From Eledone cirrhosa (lineage: Eukaryota): a stretch of 64,000 nucleotides of DNA. This document shows, piece by piece, positions 40,985-53,723 of the stretch. Where the stretch lies: positions 330,956,001-331,020,000 of the forward strand of contig OZ024740.1 in NCBI GenBank assembly GCA_964016885.1. The letters run 5' to 3'. A program made the position numbers and the translations under genes. Numbering within the stretch: the stretch's first letter is position 1; every line of letters begins with the position of its first letter. Below the pieces are notes generated by a model. That model was not told where the DNA came from. It ran no database searches and saw nothing but the letters and a program-made list of their open reading frames with translations.

Positions 40985-43900
40985 CCATCATCACACATGT
41001 CCGGCAAACACTACTAGACTTCCAAGACAAGTATTGGACTAGAATCACATATAGTGATTTATACTATATCACTATGGTGTCGATGGATTCCGCCCAGGTA
41101 AGGAACTTGTGAGCCTCTTTCTCCTACATAATTTAAATTCCTCTTTTACCCACCTCAAAGTTGGTCTATTTGGCGATAACTTCTTCTTCTGTCTAACAAT
41201 CTTAGTCTCTCAGCAATTGAGAGAAATAAAAAAACAAATTAGGAATTTCCTCAAAGATTACTATAATTTTACTATTACTTTTGAAAATAGCACTAAAGTG
41301 GTCAATTTCCTCGACATCACTTTGGATCTATCAACAGGCATTTACCAACCCTACCATAAACCAAAACAAAACCTGCATTATATAAACTCACAATCTAACC
41401 ACCCTGGTTTCATACTAAAAAATCTAGTGTACAATATCTCACTCAGATTATCTAAATTATTATCTATTGAATAAATATTCTATAAAAATGAACCTTATTA
41501 TAATGAGGCTTTAAGTAGAATTGACTACAAAGATAAAATATTTTACATACCTAATGCTATAAATACCTCCAACATACAACCAAACATAAACAACAAACAC
41601 CATATAATCACCTAAAAGTTAATGCCAGCAATAAAGCACCGAAAAACCTAGATCCTACCATTACTCCTAGTACTCGCATTAACATGAATGATACAAACTC
41701 TCTAAAAATCATCAATCCTAACGCTTCTGAATACTTCTATAACCTAACTAATAATATTACTACAAACCATACGAAAACACCTAACTCCATTAATCTTAAA
41801 AAAGCAGCTAATAATAACATCTTATATCTTAATTCTCACAATAAGCCTAATGATCTATTACCTATTTCATTGAACCTTCCACCTAACCAAACCAGTTCTT
41901 TACAATCCAATAAACCAGAGAAACATATCCGAACTACTATACATGACAAGAATAAAACCAAAATATCACGTCCAATCAATAAGGCTCCATTAATAAAACT
42001 CCCAATATCATCTATAAATCTAACAAAAAACAATAAATAAAATACTAATACAATTCAAAAATCTACTAAACAATTTGTTCACACTCCTAATAACAATCAC
42101 AATATTATAGTATCATCTGATAAGAAATTCTACCCTCAAACTCATATACATACCCAATATGACAATAGGAAACCAATTAGGAATCATAAAATGCTCCATT
42201 TAACTTGCAAACTATGGGCCAAATGGCTAAAAAACCTTTGGCAATTCTCGATAAACATTTCACACCTAACCACAAATACCATCAAATCTTAAACAGATAT
42301 ACAGTATAATTTTCTTACCCCACATCGAACAATATACAACAACAAATAAGTGCATATAACATCTATAAATGTAAAAAAAAGCTGCATGTATACCCCTAGC
42401 ACACCACACACAAACTAACTATAATAATACTACAACGTATACCTAAAATATTATTACTTATCCACCAATTACATCCACTCACTCACCTCACCAACAAAAT
42501 ACATCAGCCTACAACCAACTACCATCTTCCTCATCCTTAATATGAACTATGAACTACATACCCAATCTGACCAATAACTTCCAAAATAACCATGATTCTA
42601 TATACACTATATCCCCTATAAGTTCACCAACTAACAACCCTTCTAGCCATGACCACCCAACCGCAACCCTTCTCTCTCATATAAAAATGTAAATACAAAT
42701 ACTAGCACTATTATTGGGAATATAGCAAGCACATCTGAAACCCTATGTACAAATGGTTGTAATTGTAGAGTAAAAAGTAAGTGACCCTTAAATGGAAATT
42801 GCTTAATTAATAATATAGTGTATAAATGTATAATTACCACTAAGGACTCTAATCAATCCTATATTGAATGCACATCTAATCCGTTTAAATCGATATTTTA
42901 TGCACACACCCACAATTTTCGAAACACAAGATTAGCTAATACCACTTCTTTAGCGGAAGCAGTTAATAATTGTAAAAAGAAGAACATTAATTATAACCAA
43001 ACTTGGATGATTCTCAAAAGAGCCATTTCTTACCAGGGCAAGAGAAAGGAGTGTGGACTATGTTCCCAAGAAATGTTTGAAATTACTAAATCGAAAGACA
43101 TTCTATTAAATAAAAGACAGGAATTAATTATCGCATGTAACCATAGAATTAGAAAGGCATTTAAGTATTATAAATATAAATGCAACTAAATAAATGAATA
43201 AAAAATATAAAAGAAAAAAAAAGAAAAAAAAGATATATATATATATATAGCTATTAGAATTAATCCATAGATTCAATCCTATGTATCATCCCTATAACTG
43301 TTTTAAATAATTAACTATTAATGAGCACTATATATTAAATTATATTCAAAACTCTAACAAAACTTTAACAGACATACATTTAAGCCTATTAAGAAAACCA
43401 GATTATTAATGAGATTTTATTTCGAAAATAAAATTCCCTACAAATAAAACGTCATTCTGACCACTCTAACACAATACAATACTTACACACATTTTATTAT
43501 TTCCTTACCTGTATATTTTTTTATCTAAATTTTACCTTTCTTTGGTTCCATCTACATTCCTCTACTTGTTCTATTTTTAGAACAAATGATTCCTCTTGAA
43601 CAAAGAAATAACAAATATTTAGGATTGTTCTATACTATTCTTCTAGATATAACACACTGATTTCTGCACCCCTTTTCCTCCAACTTTAATCTTCCATGAC
43701 CGTCCACACTTTTCTATACACTCTGTCTAAATTCCTTTACACTCGTAACTTTCTTTTCTTTTCTTAAAGGTCATTCGATACCCCATCCCATGACTGCTAA
43801 TTTATTCGTTACTACTACCAGCATAATGATCTATATTGCCCTTTCCTATTTTTACTATTGGTCAATCTCACCCTTGTTCTTAAAAGGTTACTTATTCATA

Positions 43901-44160
43901 CATGTTTTTATATTCTTCAATAAACAAAACTCATTATTCCTGAAGATGGCGGCTAGGCAGACGCATGTATATTTTCTTACTTTGATAATTTATAATATAT
44001 TTTACATAGGTCACTAATAGAATACGGATAACTACCCCCCCCCACTCCCCGTATTTCTTTTTATCTCATTGCTTTCATTAATTGTATTATATATATATAT
44101 ATAATTCATAGTAAAACTCATTATTTTACGATCGTTTCTTTAGTTCTCCATATCTTCATT
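40981..44160 (+). mobile_element. Decayed 5'-truncated PLE related to the intact copy; coding remnant to 43189 plus pseudo-LTR
   Basis: VVNFLDITLDLSTGIYQPYHKP, SNHP, CNCR...NNIVYKC, WMILKRAISYQ...CGLCSQEMFEI...KRQELIIACNH. Starts after (TA)n; split hammerhead halves at 43931-43946 and 44118-44138. Confidence 0.88.
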
Positions 44161-44168
44161 CTATTATA

Positions 44169-44249
<81 letters not shown>

Positions 44250-44301
44250 TATCTAACTATCTATGTATCTATCTATCTATAAATCTATATCTATATATAT
44301 A

Positions 44302-44378
<77 letters not shown>

Positions 44379-44467
44379 CGAAGGAGTTGTGATAAGGAAC
44401 CACATGGACCATAACGAACCAGAGTACTCAATACTTAGGGTAGTAGAGTGGGTAATAGGAAAACGTG

Positions 44468-45825
44468 TGACCCTGACGGCAGAGCTCAAGCCGTTTAGAC
44501 GACTATTTCTGGACTAAATTAGAATTTTTAGTCTGGAAAATAAATAGCCGAACTTTTCAGGGGGTACTTCCTTATATGGGAAGATTGTAGTTGTCAAGAG
44601 GGTTGGGCAAAATTTGATGTAAACACAAACAAGTCTATCGTGGCAGTGGGTGGTAGGTGGGGGTGGCTGAACTTGCCTGTATAACAATGAGGAAGTGGGT
44701 CAAGCTGGTCAAGAGTTGAAAGTGAAATCTATAACTTACAATCTTACTTGGAGGTTACTGTCCAGAGCTAAATCTTACACGGGAGGACGCCGTCCGTGTA
44801 ACTTATGCTTGGAGGAAACATTACAAATGCTGTTTACGAAGGATAAGCTCCTAAACAAAAAATTCGTACTGCTAACTGCATGCAAACACATATTGCTTAA
44901 GACTTACCTCGCCCTCAAACCCCCTAACGTTCCGGGTGGGTAAACAAGGGCTGAAACACCCTACTTTTCGAATAAGATAGGGGAACCCCAGCTTACATAG
45001 GTAGGTGTACCTCTTTACTTTTCCTCTATGTTTTCTTCTTCCCTTTGTCTCCTCCTATCACCTCCTTCCACCACCGATCTTCTTCCTCGTTCTTTTTTCC
45101 CCTTTCGCCTACCCCGAGGCAGCCATCGGGCCTCTGTAGCCTCAATACCCCCACCCCAGTAACTTAAAGATAGCATTGGCCGAATACGCTATACTAACTA
45201 ATCATAGCAGCTGTGTTTGACCCCAGATATTTTGTATTACATTTTACTACCCAGTTCTACAAAATTCAATAATTCTTATTTTGTATATTTTATTCTCAAC
45301 TCATTCTATTGCATTGACTGAAAAAGCAACACCAACTAAATATAGCAGCAATTTTAGACTCTATAGGTTTTGTTTTTTATCACTTCTCACTATTCAATTT
45401 TATATTTTTATATATCTTTCTCTTATTTTTTTATTTTTTTAATATGTTTTATTGTCTCCTAATCTCAATTGATTTACCCATTCTATAACATCCCTTCGCT
45501 ATTTTCTCCAGAAACCTTTTTTTGGCTACCTCCTCTGGCATACTTTCATAAACACTCCTTAGAATTTGCCGTATACATTTCACTTTCAACGCTTGACCGG
45601 CTCCACCCACTCGCTCATTATTCTACAGGCAAGTTCAGCAACCAAACTGCCATGATAGACTTATTTGTGTTTACAACAAATTTGGACCAATCCTCTTGAC
45701 AACTACAATCTTCCCATATAATGAAGTACCCCCTGAAAGGTTCGGGTATTTATTTACCAGACTAAAATTTCTAATTTAATCCACAAATAGCCGTCGAAAC
45801 GGGTTGAGCTCTGCCATCGGGGTCA
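44468..45825 (+). mobile_element. Short 5'-truncated PLE with inverted pseudo-LTR; ORF tail at 44730-44943
   Basis: TYNLTWRLLSRAKSYTGGRRPCNLCLEE...LLNKK...ACKH; 44468-44728 is the diverged reverse complement of 45577-45825. Confidence 0.8.
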
Positions 45826-46314
45826 TACTTTTTCAGACATATATATATATATATATATATATAATAAAGAATTCATCTGTATGTATATATATGTTACTAG
45901 ATATGAATTCTTTATTATTATCTCCAAATTATTTGTCGAGCAATATTGGCCATGACTGCTGCTACGGTTGTAGGCAAGCCGCTGTCTTATTAGCAAACCA
46001 CTTTCCACTGATTGACCTCGATGTCACGTGTTCGATTCTTTTTGAATTTGCCACAGACGTAGAGGCAGTGATTTTCTCAACGGCTTGGAATTCAGTCCAC
46101 GCTTCGCTATTTCCTATCCACTGAATTATTTTTTAATAAGTTTCCAGTGTCCTCGCTTTGCCTGGAAACTTACATGAGAATATACTTTCCTGACAACGGA
46201 ATGCTTCTCCATATTATTCTTCGGAAAATATATTTACTCCATTCCAGAAACAAATTAGTTGGAAGTGATATTTTAGTAAGTAAGTTAATTTTATAATTTT
46301 CTTATTTTACGTCT

Positions 46315-46378
<64 letters not shown>

Positions 46379-46547
46379 ATAGTAGCGACAGTAAATAAAA
46401 AACACAAAAATAACGTGGAAGCGAAGAGGCAGTACAAAATGTTAATATTAGTTTTGTGTGTGTTTGCGTGTGTATGTATGTATATATATATATATATTTA
46501 TATGTGTATATATATATATATTTATATTTATATGTATATAATGTATA

Positions 46548-46630
<83 letters not shown>

Positions 46631-47001
46631 GGAGGTAATTGTAGTTTACTTGAAGCATTGCGTAGTGAGGTATAAACGTTTGGAGTTAGGAGGCCAGAAT
46701 AATGCATTAGAAATAGCCATTTGAAATAGAATGGAATTTCTATACTACTTCCTGTCAGCATGAGTTGGCAAGCTATTAGAACACTGGATTGACCCTTTTA
46801 CTTCCCTCCGAAGAAGATATACTATCTCGAAAATTAAGGATATTCAAATAAATTTTATGTAATAGACTAATTGCCAGCAATATCTTTTGCATTTGTATTT
46901 ATATTCTATATCCATACCTGCATTGTTCTGCCCTTCTAACTCCAAACATTTATACATATATTGATAGATAGATGTATATATATATACATATATATATTCG
47001 A

Positions 47002-47063
<62 letters not shown>

Positions 47064-47066
47064 GTG

Positions 47067-47143
<77 letters not shown>

Positions 47144-47344
47144 TATGTAGATAAATCTACCAAGAGTTTACGGTAGTGTCCAATCCGTATGAAGAACTCA
47201 ATGTATTCCGGATATCATGGAAAGAAGAGATGTAATGAAAAATCACTTTCGGTGAAAGATAAACGGTATACAGAGTCAAGATAAAATATTAAACAAATAA
47301 TGAATAAAACAATGAAACAGTTCCTTATATTAAACAAAAAAAGT

Positions 47345-47496
47345 TCATTATTTAACGATCGTTTCTAGGATATATATGTGTTAGAATGTGCATGCATATT
47401 CAACAGATCTATGTACAAAATTATACAAAATTATACAAACTATCAAGATTAAATATACATACCAACACATATATACGCCGTCTTCAGAAATAATGA
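47345..47496 (-). ncRNA. Hammerhead motif with ~115-nt stem II (inverted-arm copy)
   Basis: Reverse complement of TCATTATTT CTGAAGA ... GAAA CGATCG TT AAATAATGA. Confidence 0.7.
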
Positions 47497-48132
47497 AATA
47501 TATTTATTGATAATAACAACAATTCAAAATTTCAGGTCCGTTTGGGAACAAAATTGACCAATGAAAATACAAAAGGTTTAATGCAGTTCGGTGTGTGTAT
47601 ATACATGTAACTACCCTTACACATATTTTACAAAAATGTATGCTCAACTTGTATACGCATACCAAAAGGATGGATACAAATACAAAATTTCAAGGTTAAT
47701 GTCTCTGTAAGTTTATAATTCACAGATAAGATGCGTATAGACACATAAATATGAAATAAGTGTATACACATATTCTCATACTCACACATATCCGTACAAT
47801 CACACACACACACGCGCGTATATGCATAAACATACACATAACTACGAACATACACACACACACACACCCCCACTCACATATATATATGTGGATATAAAAT
47901 CCTAAGCACATGGATATTAATTCACTCACATAAACACTGGCACACACATTTAGATCAAGATACAGAAATTAGGTGGGAGGGGGGAGAGGTCAGTATTCAA
48001 CGGTTTGGGCAGACTGCTTAATATAGATGTATCTATAAACTAAGAAAATAAAAAATAATAAATAATAAATAAACATTAAAAAGGAAAGAAAAGAAAAAGA
48101 AAAAAGAAAAAAGAAAAAAGAAATATATCAAG

Positions 48133-48182
<50 letters not shown>

Positions 48183-48322
48183 CATATATATACATATATA
48201 TATATATATATACAAACACATACATACATATACACACATCCACACTTAGAACATACATACACACACATATATAAACTTATACATATACACACATACATAA
48301 ATATACACACATACATATAAAT

Positions 48323-48391
<69 letters not shown>

Positions 48392-48692
48392 TACACATAT
48401 AATCACGCATACTATATAGACACACATATATATACACACATACACGCACATATACATACACTTACATACTTATATACATACAGATATACACATACATACC
48501 TATATATACACACAAATACATACCGACATACATACATACATACAGACAAATACTTACGCATCCATATATCGGTATATACATACAAACACCACTACACTCT
48601 CACACAACTCAGACATACAAAGAAAAAGGTATATACCTATACACATATACATATACAAATAGAGAAACATATACATATATATATATATATAT

Positions 48693-48733
<41 letters not shown>

Positions 48734-48923
48734 CACATATACACACATACACATACATACACATACATACATGTACACACACATAGATATATATACACAT
48801 ACACACATACACACATACATATATAGTCATACACACAAATACACCTACACGAACATACACATACACATATATAAAGATATATATACACACACACACACAC
48901 ATACACACATATATATAAAATAA

Positions 48924-48972
<49 letters not shown>

Positions 48973-49296
48973 CATATACATACACACATACATAGACATA
49001 TATGTACATACATACACATACATACATACATACACACACATACATATATATATACACACATAGACATATACATACATACACACACAACATACATACACAC
49101 ATATATACTCATACATAGAATTAGATATATATTCATACATACATACGCACTTACATATACTCATATATACAAATACATACGCATCCATATATGCGTATAT
49201 ACATAGAAACACCACTACACCCTCACCCAACTCAGACATACAAAGAAAAAGGCATATACATATACATATATACACGCATTAATAGAGATATATATA

Positions 49297-49327
<31 letters not shown>

Positions 49328-49537
49328 ACACTTATATATATATACCCACACACACATACAACCATAAATACACATACAAACACCCACATATACATATATA
49401 TACACATATATATATATACACACACATAAAAAACAGACATGCACATATATATTTTTTTACACATATATATACACATATATATACATATACACACCCTCAC
49501 ATATACACACATACACATAAGTTATATTATAATAATA

Positions 49538-49590
<53 letters not shown>

Positions 49591-49841
49591 CACATACGAA
49601 TATAGACATATATACACACATAGATATATATATATATATACACATACATATACACACACACATACACACACTCACATATATATGTGTGTGCACACACATA
49701 TATATACACATACACACATATACACATAAACACATATATGTGTATACATGCACACACACACATATATCCACATAGATACGAAGATAGACATATAAATAGA
49801 GACATACATATATATATACACACATATATACATACATACAT

Positions 49842-49888
<47 letters not shown>

Positions 49889-50682
49889 CACACATACACA
49901 TACACATATATATACACACATGCATATATACACATATATATATACACATACACACATATATATACACACACAATCTTACATTCTTATTTGCATGCGCATA
50001 TATGTATTTTTATATTCAGATATAAATACCCAAACATATATACACCTACCTACATATATATTCATACATACACGCTTACAAACACAGATGATAATAGTAT
50101 GGGGGAAAGGGGGGGGGGGGGGTTGGAGAAGGGGATTATAGTAAATATATGTTTCAAGAAACATAGAATATTATCCGTATCTGGATCCAATGTATGTTTT
50201 TACATAGTTTCAGTGTTAGGAAATACAATAAATAAGAAATAAGGCAAAATTTATGCATTTCAAAATAAATAAGTATACCATTAATTATATGTTAACTAAA
50301 CTAAAGATAGTTAACATATTGATTTCTAAGGTGTAAATTAGTTAGGTTTATAATATTTGAAGCAGAATTTTGAAGTTAAATAGTAGTAGAGTATTAATTA
50401 TAGTATAACTAAATTAAAGTTAATAACGTTATGGTATCAATATTAGGAAATGAATTTAGTAATAGGGAAAAAACAAATAAAGTATTACATCGGTAGTAGA
50501 ATATAAATTATAGGTTAACTAAATTAAAAATTATATATTTATTTCTATAGTATATGTTAATTAGGTATATAATAAATAAAACAGATATTGTATTTTATCA
50601 ATAGCAGAATATAATTATATGCAAATAGAAATCAAAATTAATACATATACATATACATATACATACACATATATATATACAT

Positions 50683-50713
<31 letters not shown>

Positions 50714-51997
50714 CATACACACGCATACACATACACATACATATATACATATACATATTTTTTCAAAAATTGCAAAGAATATATTAACTAGGTATATATC
50801 CAAAACACATCCCATTCTATGATTACATGACATTCTGCAATTCGTCTGTATAAGGATACTAATTTTAAGCCAATTAAATTAAATTTTTAGGTTGACTAAA
50901 TTTAAAACCAAATTATAAATATATTTCTAAAATGTATATTAATTAGGTCTATAATACTAAACATTATTTCTCTGTCACTGGATACACGATATTTTGTTAT
51001 ATTTTATCTGTAAAGGAATTATAATAAAAGGTTTAAATAAATTAAAATTAATCTATAAATTAAATTACTAAGTATATATTAGTAATATTTAAAGGTTTTT
51101 CACAATTTATGATTACATAATATTTTATATTCTCATCTGTAATAGAATTTTAATTAAATTAAATTTATAGGTTAACTAACATTTAAATTAAATTAATTTC
51201 TAAAATAATGTTATTAATTAGGTTTATAACATTTAAATGTTTTTTTTAGTTTATGATTACACGATATAATTAATTCCTGTCGTTTATTTAATAGGATATC
51301 CTTAGATTTCATTATTTCAAATAGTTCTTGGGAACATAATCTACATTCATTTCTATTATTTTGATAAGGGGTGGCTCTTTTGAGCACACTCCAGGTCAAA
51401 TCATATTCTATATTCTTATTTTTATAACTATTGATTTTTTCTGCTAGAGATGTTGTATTAGCCAGTGCGGCATTTTTAAAACTATGCTTGTGGGTATTAA
51501 ACCTTGTCTTAAAATTGTTAGAGGTAGCTCCTATATATGAGCAAATAGAATCTTTAGTTTTAACATTACATTTATAGACTATGTTGTTAACAAGACAATT
51601 CCCTTTTAATGGGCAGTTTGCTTTGTTTCTACAGTTACAACCTTTCGTTAATTCTGTATTTGAGGAGATATTATGGTTAATTTGATGTACTGGTGGTATA
51701 CTTATGGTTTTCTTACATTTATATGCATTATAGGCACTTATATTTTGTTTTATGTTATTTGTTGTAGAGTATGAGAATTTAACTGTAGACCTATTTAAGA
51801 TTTGATGGTATTTGTGGTTTGGCGGGTATTTGTGTGTGTGTGTGTATATATATCTTTATATATGTGTATGTGTATGTTCGTGTAGGTGTATGTGTGTGTA
51901 TGTCTATATATGTATGTGTGTATGTGTGTATGTGTATATATATCTATGTGTGTGTACATGTATGTATGTGTATGTATGTGTATGTGTGTATAAGTGT

Positions 51998-52028
<31 letters not shown>

Positions 52029-52312
52029 TATATATATATATATATATATGTATATGTTTCTCTATTTGTATATGTATATGTGTATAGGTATATACCTTTT
52101 TCTTTGTATGTCTGAGTTGTGTGAGAGTGTAGTGGTGTTTGTATGTATATACCGATATATGGATGCGTAAGTATTTGTCTGTATGTATGTATGTATGTCG
52201 GTATGTATTTGTGTGTATATATAGGTATGTATGTGTATATCTGTATGTATATAAGTATGTAAGTGTATGTATATGTGCGTGTATGTGTGTATATATATGT
52301 GTGTCTATATAG

Positions 52313-52375
<63 letters not shown>

Positions 52376-52515
52376 ATTTATATGTATGTGTGTATATGTA
52401 TGTATGTGTGTATATGTATAAGTTTATATATGTGTGTGTATGTATGTTCTAAGTGTGGATGTGTGTATATGTATGTATGTGTTTGTATATATATATATAT
52501 ATATGTATATATATG

Positions 52516-52583
<68 letters not shown>

Positions 52584-53220
52584 CTTGATATATTTCTTTT
52601 TTCTTTTTTCTTTGTTCTTTTTCTTTTCTTTCCTTTTTAATGTTTATTTATTATTTATTATTTTTTATTTTCTTAGTTTATAGATACATCTATATTAAGC
52701 AGTCTGCCCAAACCGTTGAATACTGACCTCTCCCCCCCTCCCACCTAATTTCTGTATCTTGATCTAAATGTGTGTGCCAGTGTTTATGTGAGTGAATTAA
52801 TATCCATGTGCTTAGGATTTTATATCCACATATATATATGTGAGTGGGGGTGTGTGTGTGTGTGTATGTTCGTAGTTATGTGTATGTTTATGCATATACG
52901 CGCGTGTGTGTGTGTGATTGTACGGATATGTGTGAGTATGAGAATATGTGTATACACTTATTTCATATTTATGTGTCTATACGCATCTTATCTGTGCATT
53001 ATAAACTTACAGAGACATTAACCTTGAAATTTTGTATTTGTATCCATCCTTTTGGTATGCGTATACAAGTTGAGCATACATTTTTGTAAAATATGTGTAA
53101 GGGTAGTTACATGTATATACACACACCGAACTGCATTAAACCTTTTGTATTTTCATTGGTCAATTTTGTTCCCAAACGGACCTGAAATTTTGAATTGTTG
53201 TTATTATCAATAAATATATT

Positions 53221-53372
53221 TCATTATTTCTGAAGACGGCGTATATATGTGTTGGTATGTATATTTAATCTTGATAGTTTGTATAATTTTGTATAATTTT
53301 GTACATAGATCTGTTGAATATGCATGCCAATTCTAACACATATATATCCTAGAAACGATCGGTAAATAATGA
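53221..53372 (+). ncRNA. Hammerhead motif with ~115-nt stem II (5' pseudo-LTR copy; U16.1 replaced by G at 53362)
   Basis: TCATTATTT CTGAAGA CGGCGTATATATGTGTTGG...CTAACACATATATATCCTA GAAA CGATCG GT AAATAATGA. Confidence 0.65.
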
Positions 53373-53723
53373 ACTTTTTTTGTTTAATATAAGGAACTGT
53401 TTCATTGTTTTATTCATTATTTGTTTAATATTTTATCTTGACTCTGTATACCGTTTATCTTTCACCGAAAGTGATTTTTCATTACATCTCTTCTTTCCAT
53501 GATATCCGGAATACATTGAGTTCTTCATACGGATTGGACACTACCGTAAACTCTTGGTAGATTTATCTACATAATTTTGCTCCTATTTTCACGGAAATAT
53601 TCGTATTTTTGTACTGTATGTGTGTATTAATTTTATATTTATGTATATACATATATATGTATGATTTTATAAACCCATATACATTTAGTTGAGCTCTTTC
53701 AATTGTCCATCATCCATATCACA

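Noticed and set aside
45690-45810. Possible long-stem hammerhead (CTCTTGAC...GTCGAAACGGGTTGAG)
   Set aside because: The core departs too far from CUGANGA and the mirrored copy has TAAA for GAAA.
45940-46250. GC-richer island as a possible host exon
   Set aside because: Short open frames with no recognisable motif or supported splice pair; cannot be called without transcript data.
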